NCBI GenBank assembly: GCA_002633005.1
Contig: NMRA01000048.1
Span: 124,001 to 188,000 of the forward strand
Source of the DNA: Phoronis australis
Taxonomy: Eukaryota; Animalia; Phoronida
Reading direction: 5' to 3'
DNA length: 64,000 bases
The position numbers were made by a program, and so were the translations under genes. Positions 53,183 through 64,000 of this stretch are shown one piece after another. Within the stretch, counting starts at the first letter, position 1. Every line of letters starts with the position of its first letter. The notes beneath the pieces are model-generated. The model saw nothing but the letters and a program-made list of their open reading frames with translations. It was not told the DNA's origin and ran no database searches.

Positions 53183-53892
53183 TTTACAACAATTTAAGAC
53201 AACAAGTGCCAACATACAGCTCAGGTAACATCCATAATGTGAAGTGAGAGATACAGAGAATGTAGCCAGTAACTGGTCATCACCATAGTTGCAGTGACCC
53301 TGCAACTATGGTGATGACCAGCTACTGATCGTCCGGTTTTTAATCTTACTGTGGCCAAAAGCTGATTTTTTATGTTTGTTTCTTTGTGGAAGTAAGATTT
53401 CCTTGCAGTTTGAAGAAGTAATTTCAAAGTTTTATTGTAGGTACAAAGTTTGTTTTCTCGTTTGTCAAGTAGTGGGCATGTTGTGGATGTATCTTTCATT
53501 TTTGTAAAGTATATCCTTATTTTTTGTTGAAATAAGAAGACCTTGTGTTATCCAGGTGTTATTTTGTGCGTTTATTTGTTGAACCGACCGTGCTTTTGTA
53601 GGAAAAATGTTTTGGTGTTATTGGATGGTTTTGAATATTTAGTATCAGAGTTTGAGCGTCTGTAAATACAATCGAAATTAATCTCATTGGGTTCATTTGG
53701 AAATTTGTGTTCTCGTTCTTTGGTATATAATTGTGTGCTAATTCTTTGCGGGATTTGTGGTTTGTAATTAACATTACCATAATCCTTAGCTTTATTGTCG
53801 CTTATAGCAACGGCATTTAATATCTTTCAACCACTTTCTTGTTTTATTTACTGGTCTTTTGCAGATAACGCGTTTCAAGTCAACGTTTTAAT

Positions 53893-55913
53893 ATGGCCGA
53901 CAGCGTGCTGTGGTCCCCTGATGCGTTACAATGTGCGGTTATAGAAAAGAGATACCAGCTTGTAATCGACACGCGCCGTGCTGGAAACGGTAGGCATTTC
54001 CTGAAATATCATTAGTTAAATAACAATGCACGGTATCGCTTCCAAATGTAAAATTCCGATTTAAGCTTTTCTGTCTTTTACATTTATCAACCGAACTTGT
54101 GATTTACTGTTTGGCCGTTTGCATCAATTCTTACTGAGACAGGATGTGAATCATTATTACCAACAAAAAAACAGAGACTTAGTCTCCGCCCTTCTATTTG
54201 CTGGATCAAATTATTTCAACTTTAATAGAATCATACATCAATGAACTTTGCACGGTGCGGGTTTGAAGGATAAACTTAAGCTTGAATCTTAGGCGAGATA
54301 AAGGCAGAGTGCAACGGACCGAATAAACCAGCCCTGTGTCGGTTTACGGAGGACAGTAAAGACGCCATCTATGTTTTGGAGTTGATTCCTAAGGAACTCG
54401 GTGTTCATCAACTGGCCGTGAAGTTTGACGATTCTCATATCCCAAGTAAGTCAAAGCTTGTATGTCTTAACCTTGATTACGAAACATTTTGCGAAACTCG
54501 CATAGCGATTTCTACGACGACATCATGGCGCAGTCAAAGTCTGAGCTACTTTTGTGTACGCATAGCCTCTGAGGTAAGCGGTGAAGACAATGTTTTTAGC
54601 CGAAACTTTAAACTATCTAAGAGAAAAATGTTAAAACGCACATGTTTCGTGTTTTGTCGAAGCTGACAAGCCGATGTAGGCTAACAATCAGTAGTTTGTA
54701 TCCTATTCCATAACTTTTTCTTGTACATAGTGGTTCAAATTACGCCCTATCTGACCACGCGGTGTTTTTCCCTGTTCTCGCCTAGAGATACTCTATAAAG
54801 AGAAACCTGATTTACAATGAAGTTCTTCGTTACTGTGGTTATTTTTTAGATAATGCTAAAGAATTAACTTCTATAACAAGTGCTTAAATGCTCTTGAATG
54901 TGGCGAGTGAAAGTCAGCTACATATGTTATAGGAAGTCCTCACGTGTTCCAAGTCCACAAATATAACCCGGATGTAAAGAACATTGTAGTCACAGGCAAG
55001 GGAATCCAACATGGGGTTCTCAAGACATTCGACAGCACATTTGTTTGTGATTTGACTTGTGGCGGCCAGGGGTCGCTCAATGTCAGGATCGGCGGACCAA
55101 AAGGTATGATGAAATTTCACCTATAAATAGAACGTATTTTCAAGTGTCATGGAACCGGCATTGAAAATATTGTCGGCTTGTGTAGCCTAATTCGCAAACG
55201 GTATGCAGTTTCACATTTTCTGATGTTTGGGACGCGCGTGTTGATCCTGTGTCGACTTTTATACTGAATGCTTTGTGGATTTCTTAGATAGTTTGAAATG
55301 CCATCTATACTACTCTGCGCGTGAATAGTTGGTAGGGCCAAATGGTAAACCCAGCACCGATAGTTTACGAGTGGTTTCTTTTAAATAAAAATTTATCGCT
55401 CTTCTACATGTTTTGCTGTACCTTTCTCCTATGATGGCCAAGTAGCCTTCTAATGCGTCTATGCCTCTGGATCGCCATCACAGATTCACCTGTAAATTAT
55501 TGGCAGCATGTGCCCTTTGACCCCTGATTTCTACTGCCCTGCAATTACGTAATTTACTAACTATTGATTTCAGAGTACTTGAACTTCGGATCCTCATTCT
55601 ACTTTAGATTTCTTTTTGCTTTGTCACGCACTACGACGACCAGAAGTCACTTTAATTAGATTCAAGGCTCTTTTGTCTTTCTGAGCGTACGACTTTCCTC
55701 CCAACAGGTTCGTTTAAAGTTCGGATGGAACGGCATGGTCGTAAAGTCACATGTAAATACAACCCCCATTCTCCAGGGGAATACAGAATCCATGTACTGT
55801 GGTCAGAGGTCCACGTGCCCGGGAGTCCATTCTCGGTTTACTTATTTCAGAAGCAAAAAGAGTTGGATAAGTTTTTGGAAAACAACAAAAAAATTGAAAC
55901 AGATGCGCCTTGA
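53893..55913 (+). CDS. Short filamin-repeat protein (2 Ig/filamin repeats, 208 aa; jitterbug-like C-terminus); exons 53893-53989, 54293-54445, 54933-55103, 55708-55913
   Basis: All introns are GT-AG in phase 1. Motifs: IDTRRAGNG, PKELGVHQLAVKFDDSHIP.SP, GGPKGSFKVRM, YNPHSPGEYRIHVLWSEVHVPGSPFSVYLF. Confidence 0.9.
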
Positions 55914-56536
55914 ACTGTTTATCAATAAGGCGATTTAAATCTGTCCAGTAACAGGGTCCAGCTTTTTACCTTAGAAACACAGAAAAAGGTACAGAATGAG
56001 GTTGCTTTTAGTTGTTTTCTGTGTCTGTGTTCTTTTTTACGTGCATAACTCGTAAATGAGATTCTATTTTACTGCAAATTATAATTGTCTATAAATGTTT
56101 AATCTTGCAGCCATACATGCATATACAGTTAGAGGTAAATAGCTTCAAATGTTTGATGCACATTTACGTTTGATGTATATTAGTATATTATATATTCCAA
56201 AACATGACAATGTGTATTGTAGCCTTTTCAACCGTACACATTAGCTCTACAGTACATTTTCTTTCACAGAAAACCCAGGTTAAAATAGAATAACAGTGAC
56301 GTTAACATACAAAATCAAACAAAGATGTCATGAATTGTTTTCATTGCGCGCTCAGGATACATACAGCCTGAATCCACTGCCCCCCATGTCCATGGTAGAT
56401 TTCATAGGATTCGGCACAGTTATTCCAGGAGTCTAATCTTTGAACTTGAACTATTACAAATTATACATGTAAATAAATAAAATAGATGATGGAATGCGGT
56501 GTAGTTACCGACTGATAGGAATATAACATAATGTAG

Positions 56537-56668
56537 GTAAAACAACTAGCGTCGGTACTAAAATATAGTAAAATATTCCCCACATTTCGAACGGTACGCT
56601 CTTTATCACGGGCATGACACAGTCGTGGGGAACTTAATACACTTTAGTACCGACGCTCGTCGTTTTAC
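56537..56668. mobile_element. Small inverted-repeat element
   Basis: gtaaaacaactagcgtcggtactaaa / tttagtaccgacgctcgtcgttttac. Confidence 0.6.
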
Positions 56669-57938
56669 TTTTACTCCAAATTGTATTTGACATGTTCTGT
56701 TCTGCTTTACTATAAACTCTAGGTAAGTGCCTCTCACCGAGGTTTTCTCAGATGAGTTTCTGGTCCAAGTTCGCACATGTTGACCCGTGCATTCAAATTA
56801 CAATCTCGAGTTCAAACTCGAGGTTTCGAGTTCAACCTCAAACTTCGTATGTAGCTTTGGGATCATGACAATCGCGAACATAGATTTAACATTCATCTTC
56901 GTAAACCATAATGTATTTGAGCACAGATCACATTGATGCAGAATGGAGGTGTTAAAAATAATTTCGACGAGGTTGCCCAATTCGGAGACTAGACCACGGT
57001 GCCTATAACCTGTTATTCGGGTAGCGTATTTCCTGGCACAGACGACCTTGAAGCAAAAAGATTTACCCCAAACCTGCCATGCGCACCATGGGCGTACACA
57101 ATCAACAATTATCACCACGCATGAACTCTGAGCGGTAAGACCTCTGATTAACTCAAGGCCCATTACATAAGGTTTTCTAATACTAAGTAACAAAGATGCA
57201 ACTACCTGAATTGTTTTAACCAAGTTCACCGCTAAGCTCGTTTTCATGTAGTAAAATAGCGGAGTAGTGGTAGCGTAAGATTTTCGTCATCCAATTAACT
57301 GTTTGAGCATTGGCTAACCGATGATTGACATTACGCGTGTAATCACTTGGCTGTATTAATATTCGCACCTGTTATTAATATCCAAAACCACTTCATGTAT
57401 GTCGTTTGTAAAGTACTTCTCCTTATTCGCTTGCTCCCGAAGTCTTAGAGGTGTCGTCACTTGGGAACGAGAAATGTGAGGTGTCACGTGGTATTGTTTT
57501 GGAACACGGCTATAATGTACCGTTATAACGTCTTTTGCTTCGATTTTTCAACGAAGACACGGTTATGTGATGACTTGCCGTTTCAATTATATTTATTTCT
57601 GTAACCATGGCAACGAGAAACGATCGATTTTCTTGTTACTCCAGAGAGATGACGCGCTGGCAAATAAGACCGTGTGTAGGTTAATAACTCGACGTCATTA
57701 ACAGCAACAGTGCGACAAAGCGACTTTTTACGAACAAAAGGGGTCCATTTTGAAGACATTTTACGTGCCACGTGTTCAGCATACTAAAATGTGGCGTCAT
57801 TGCTTGTCGCCAGTGATGTTCTGCTGCTTTCATACTCGTCGAGTACTTGGTGACGATCACTTGTCATGAGATTTCGTAAAGAAGTCAAGAGGTAGAGGTT
57901 TTTGGACGAATGTCATTCAAATAGAAACCTTTGGAACA

Positions 57939-58223
57939 ATGGCCCACCCAGCCACAAACGGAGACGTTCTACACAATGGCAACAACGTGAACACTTTATC
58001 ACCGTCTTTATCTCTGAGGAGAAACCGAACCTCACTTGTTAATGGCAAAACGGATAACGACAAGGAGATTTTCACAGTTGAAAATGGACGGTTCAGTGGT
58101 TTGTCACACAACCCTGAAGACATTGAAGAGGCCAATTCTGAAATATTGCGAATCGAGGAGCTGGCGGCCGAAGAGGAAAAGCAGACGAGAACAACAATTG
58201 GACGCATAACACACACATTCAGG
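57939..58223 (+). CDS. Probable first coding exon of an unidentified gene
   Basis: ACAATGG start; 95 codons of natural-looking composition (MAHPATNGDV...EELAAEEEKQTRTTIGRITHTFR) ending at AGG|gtatgg; no domain recognised. Confidence 0.55.
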
Positions 58224-59046
58224 GTATGGCTTTTAACTGAACCTAAAATGCATTGTTTGAGACGAACTAATAATACCTTTACTACGGTTTTAGCGAACTT
58301 CATGCACATAATTGCCCAACATGAGTGCTGAAATAAGTGCCACACTGTAACACGTTCTTCTGCTGCACATACATGTACTTACGACTCATTGAGCTAGGTT
58401 GCCTGCCACTCTCCAGGGTCTGAGACACGCTACTTGCCTGTCCAGCAATCCGACGGCTGTGAGGTAGAGCTGGTGGCGATTTGACTAGTTAGAACGCAAA
58501 TATGCACTTTTGGCAACTAGTGAGAGTCGTCTAGGCTCTGTATGTGATCATCATACCACACCTGCCTTTTTCACATTATTTTAATACAATATGATATGAA
58601 GACTACCCCGAACGTGCAGGTGCAATAGGCCCTCTTAGAGTATGAAACATTTGTTTAAAATTATTTCAGTTGTCAAAGCTATTGTAATCTTCTGGAAGGT
58701 TTTCGTTGAGGAATAATGTTGAGACTTTGAAATTCCTCTGTGTATATAATTCTGGAATTTAATTTTGTTTCTTTTTATTTGTAAGCAAGTACGTCATGGA
58801 AGAAATTTGGCAATAACGCTACCGCACGTGGGTAATATATCAAATGAATTATTTTCGTGCAGTACCAACAATGTTAGTTCCCTAAGCTGAAAACTACTGG
58901 GCAGATCCGTCAGTAAAACAGGAATTCGTGGTGATCCGTTTCTTAAGGCACGTGTTCCTTGTCCTAGATACTAGAAAACTTCCGGGTATAAGTACATAAG
59001 GACAAGGTCTTTATTGCGATTATTTTTCGTTGAGAATTTTTTTGCC

Positions 59047-59300
59047 ATGGTGGTGGTGGTGGTGGTGTTGTTGGTGGTGGTGGTGTTAGTGACGGTGTTG
59101 TTGATGGCATGTTGACCACATTGAAGAGGACGAGAACGATGAGGATGATTGGATGGTGACGGTCTTACAGACGATGGTGTTGATTGTAGCAGTAAACCTC
59201 ATAGAGGTGGTGGTGGTAGCGGCGGTGGTGATGGCACCAATTATGCTTGCCGTTTTCTGGTTGGTCTTGATGACGATGACTCTGATGATGATAAGGGTAG
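59047..59300. repeat. GGT/GAT-rich low-complexity tract
   Basis: Seen directly. Confidence 0.8.
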
Positions 59301-61065
59301 TGGTCTCGAGAGTTTTTTTAAACATTTTTCTTGTGCTTTGCATCATTTTGAAAGACGGTCTGTGTGTTCGAAAATTGTGTAAGTTGAGAAAAACCGCGAT
59401 GTTGCTGTTTCAGGTGCAATGTCGTTTAACTCCAACCCCCTACTGTGTGTTAAGTGTGGTCCGTAAATTGATAGTGTTAATTAAAATTGACTTTAGAAAG
59501 CAGCGGTCAGTGTGTGGCAATGAACTCTTCTGGGAAACGAAATATGATATTTTTTCATAATAACCAGGTAGTAATGACTGATATTGTTTCCAACTGTAAA
59601 GTAATCGATGACTTGCTTTCATTTCCGCCAAATAACAAGACAGTTGATTTGACGCTGCTGTACCATCTTCGATTTCATTGAAACGAATTAATGATACCTA
59701 ATCGCGAAGAAGTTTCACTGGAAGTGAATTACGAAACGTATTGATTACGTTTTCAGTTTTGAATTTTTCCCGTACTCAGCTTATACTACGTGTCCGTGTT
59801 CACACGTTGCCTGTTTGGTTTCACTCGACATGTGTTTGGCATACGATGTATGTGTTGAGATAAGATATAATTAAGCATATCACCGGAAATGCAATATTTT
59901 TGTTCACTAACCTACGCAGAGGTGGATTGTGGGGAACCGGCCACGCCCCCACGCCCCCCCCCCCCCCCCCCNCCTTCGGGCATGACCAAAAAACGCCGTC
60001 TACATGCCGTTTTTAGGACATATTTGGACATTGTCTTTCGAAATTGTGGCTGGTTTCTCCTCATGTTCTAGATTCGCTAACGCCATTGTGGACAGTGCCG
60101 CCACAAAGAGGTAAAACAATCAGCACCATGAGTAAGTCGATCAGTAGTAATTTCTACCAATTATAGCAAATGAACCATGCTAGTCTTTGTAAGCAGTGCT
60201 GAGTTTGTAGGTGTCAAAGGGGACACCTACTCGGGACCGTCTTCTTGAAAGATCCCCGAACGTGAAACGACAAACAGATCACAAAATTACCCAACTGTTT
60301 GTGACCTATCATGCCAGATCAAGAGAAATTACTGTATCAAGAGCCGAGTGGGTGACTATGTTCTAAACAGAGGCATTTGTCCATTGGGACGCCTTTTGTC
60401 AGATTGAATATCCTGCACAGCGGTACAACTCTAGCTAAAAAATATGATAGTCTCTCGTTTAGGGGGGTTAGTGATTGATTGGCGGAAAATAATTTTGTTG
60501 GCCGGGGAACCTCGCGAATACGGTGGATTTTTCAATTCTCTAACTGCGCATCCGTTTAATGGTGAGTTCATCAGAGACGTTACATGCATGTAGCTACTTA
60601 AGCCTACTCATTGCAGCAACCTTCATTATCCCCATACATTTGACGTCTCCGGTCAGGATTTTCCCTCATGACCAAAGATTCTGAACCCGTGACTGTTGTA
60701 GGAGCTTAAAGAAAGACGACAAAGCTTCATGTTTTTTTCTTTGCATTTGTAACTGGCGTAAACAATGTTGGCCTAACCTTGTAGGCATACTTTATTCCTA
60801 GCGACATGAGGTTAGAATCTTGACAACCAGACATGATTTGATCGACTACCTGATCGCTGTTCTATTTAAAAATGCATCATTCGAAACGAAGCATAGGTGA
60901 AAAAAACAACTAAATACACGTCTCTACTGAATGCTTCCTTCATGTAACCTGAAGGAGAGACCACATACAACTTTCAAGTTGTGTTTTTATAAACCATCCC
61001 GCAATAGAACCGCACCGGATTACATATTGATAGAATTCTCCTTTGTCTCGGTAGTACGAAAGCGC

Positions 61066-62954
61066 TGATACGCCGTAAAATGAAACAATTTCATAAAATG
61101 TAACAATTGCTACATTTTACGTCTTTGTTATATTTTACGTTGCTAGGTCTCTCCTAAAATGTAACAAGTTGTTATTTTACATTTTACCAAAGCGATGAGT
61201 TTGCACGATATTTGTCACACGGGGGAAACGGTTCACACACTGAACGCCTCCTTTCTCGGATTGTTGAATGAAATTTTACCAAATGTGCCCGCTCGAATTT
61301 ATAGATGGGTGTTTAACATGCGTAGTTTCATGGTATAGTCAAAAAGGTACCTCGTCCAGTTTCGACTCCAGACGTGAAGGCACGTTTCTCATGAGGCGCC
61401 ATTTTTGTGTTGCAGCTCGCTGTTATCAACACGCGTGGTTGAAGGCAGATAAGGGAATTTGGTATACTAACCCTTTTGTTACATCGCATAAAAACGCATG
61501 TTGAACGTCGCTGACCTCGACGTTGGCCGTTTTTGTTCCATACAACCCACTTTCAATGAAACTAGTTCAAACTACTCAGTTAAATCACTGTGTTCTTCTA
61601 AGAATATTGGGACCCGTTCCACATAAAATCGTTGCGTGGTTTGTATGCCCGTTACCAGCTATTCTAATGACCTGGACCCGTTCTCTAATGTTTTTACTCG
61701 AAATGGAACTCGAAATAATGTTTGGCATTTTCTACTCTATTTGTGCGAACTCAAGATAAGTGTCTATTATTCTATGCTCGAGTACATAATGACTTACGTA
61801 GACAACCTATTAGTCCTAGTTTGCAGTTGATAAACCCAACATTAAGGCTAAAAGTTCGAGTTTGAACTCGAAATTTCGAGTTTTTACTTGAGTTTGTAGC
61901 ACGAATATAAAAGTCTTCAAGTGCAAACTTGAACTAGACACTCATGTGCATAAAATGTATTTGAGCACAGTCTCATAACCACTTATCTTGAGTTCGCACA
62001 ATAGATCAGAAATAATCATTTTTTTAAGTTGGCGCATGTCTAAACAAGACTTTAAATCTCAACCTCCTCGTTTCTAAACAGTAGGCCTAATCTGCATCTA
62101 CAGGTGACAAGCCGTTCCTCACAATATCGTTAAGTCTGGTCATAGGAACTCCTTAAAAATCCTTTAGAAATAGCACTCGCTTTCCGTTATGGGAAGCCCG
62201 GTGAAAACACTGAACCATAAATGATATGATATTAAAATCCTTGAGGACCATGATGATGTATTAGCGCTTTGCTAAAACATGTATTATGCATATTGCACTG
62301 TGTCTTCGTTAGATAAATTCAAAAATATTTATAATAATAATAATAATGATAACGATACCGATAACGAGTAATAGCCGTGAAGCTAGTACTAGTAGTAATG
62401 GTAGTAATAGCAGTACTTGTATTAATAGTAATGTAATTGTAATAAAAACGATAAGGGATACTACAGATTCATTCCGTGTCAGCCCGGAGAGCATTTCTAT
62501 AGAAGAGTTTAACGAAAAGTGCCACCCAATGGTTGTTTTTCACAGCAAAAAATACTCTCTAAAATGGTGCCATTTTCAGATAAATACTATCTAAAGGGTG
62601 CCTTTTCTGAATTTCTGGAACAGAACTGTGCAAAAATATGAAGTTTTGCACAAAATTAGTCTCATAATGGGACAGTTTTTTGTCCGAGCCCACTCTCTAA
62701 AGGGGTAGGTATCCAAATTTTTCGGGCCGCACCCCTCGTCTAAAAATACCACGTTCTTGATTTTGGTCATTTTTTTGTAATATGACATTGGTTTCATAAT
62801 ATGTAACAATGATATATTTCTCTCAAGTGCATTCGACGTAAAATGTAACCACTTGTTACATTTTAGGAGAGGCTAAGCAACCTAAAATGAAACAGTGACG
62901 TAAATTGTAACAGTTGTTACATTTTACGAAATTGTTACATTTTACGGCGTATCA
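61066..62954. mobile_element. Non-autonomous DNA transposon with ~120-bp internally repetitive TIRs and a nested MITE
   Basis: tgatacgccgtaaaatg... matches ...cattttacggcgtatca; flanks aagcgc/aagccc. Confidence 0.75.
61672..62013. mobile_element. Palindromic MITE (AACTCGA-rich family)
   Basis: Arms gtgcgaactcaagataagtg / cacttatcttgagttcgcac; homologous to 11549. Confidence 0.7.
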
Positions 62955-64000
62955 AAGCCCGTTGCTTTCATTGACCTAGTTTTGGAATATCAGGCCCTCA
63001 TGTTTTCACAGGTCATATCAGTCGGAACCGTCGATATGGCCATGGAAATATTGCCGATTCAACCGTTTAAAAATACCGGAATTGAAGGGTATTTTTAAGA
63101 AAGGGGATGCCATTATGTTGACAATTATCTGAAGAACTTGTTTCATCCACTCGCTCCGCATTTTCTTGTCTTCGGTTGATGTCGGGAAGGCGACGAACTT
63201 GAAACGTGAGGCTACAAACGTGCTCGACGGATATGGCAGCATTGTGCGTAAATACAGCGAAATTCGTGTGTTCCTGTGTAATCCAGGACAGTCCTGTTGC
63301 GCATGTTTTCTCGTTCTCAACTTCAAATGATTCTCTGCAACCCTCGTCAGCCCTAAAAAGTTTAGAGCAAGTTTTAAAACTCCTTACAAATTCTGCTAAA
63401 CCGCCAAGCGTGACTAACACTTTAGGCGAGTCACGTGACAACTGTAGGGATGGACTACACATTTAAAAACCCCAGGACCCGTCATATGACAGAGCAAAGT
63501 TTGCTTAGCTGAAGACTGCTTTTATCACTCAAGCCGGAACTCAATAGGAACGGAATGATGATTGGCTGAAATCACTAAAACTTAGGATTTAGTAACCTCG
63601 TTAGATAGACATACATATTGCTGGTAATTTTAACTTAGTATAATTTGGCAGTAGTGCCTCTTTGATGCAGGTTTCGTTAAAAATGATTCGACACTGATTG
63701 TTAGATAACTTGTTTCTGAATTTCTCGTACTGCTCGCTGAGAACTGCCTGAAACAAGTTATCGAACAATCAATGTCGAATCGTTGTTTTGCATTAATATT
63801 TCAAATGTACGCTTGGTATTCTATCGTCCTAGGTTTTGGATCTATTTTGTCATGAATTGTACATTAACATGTTCTTTCGACACGTATGTTTTATCTTTAG
63901 AAATAATAGAACGTTCTCAGTGCCACGGGTTACTCCTTCCAGATTTGGCACTGTGAAAGAGTGCCAGTAGTGGTTTTGTTCAAAGCCTGGGCTTGCGCGA

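Noticed and set aside
59086-59560. Hydrophobic and Gly-rich ORFs
   Set aside because: Low-complexity GGT/GAT tract without convincing splice sites or an adjoining cadherin segment.
59889-60071. Sushi-like start VDCGEP in an ORF
   Set aside because: Lies in a MITE-like sequence with a poly-C run and lacks the rest of the domain.

Overview
AT-rich, intron-rich invertebrate animal DNA from a draft scaffold (N joins at 1228, 3752, 11827, 20712, 26428-26562, 44736-44743, 59972); most ORF-track entries are spurious. Manual splicing gives four coding units. (1) A + strand gene with at least 25 exons (10455-48003, about 1,500 aa) for an atypical single-pass cadherin: signal peptide, about 11 cadherin(-like) repeats, one TSP1 domain, a TM helix and an unrecognised cytoplasmic tail. 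The last six repeats lack Ca2+ motifs, are each built from two exons and are partly separated by Gly/Asp-rich spacers. (2) Three orphan cadherin exons upstream (2628-5485), two of which are the exon types missing from the main gene. (3) A 4-exon, 208-aa two-repeat filamin (jitterbug-like C-terminus) at 53893-55913. (4) The probable first coding exon of an unknown gene at 57939. Introns carry MITEs with 5-bp TSDs, a solo LTR, SINE-like heads, a long-TIR element, hammerhead-like motifs and simple repeats. All calls are by eye; no searches were run.
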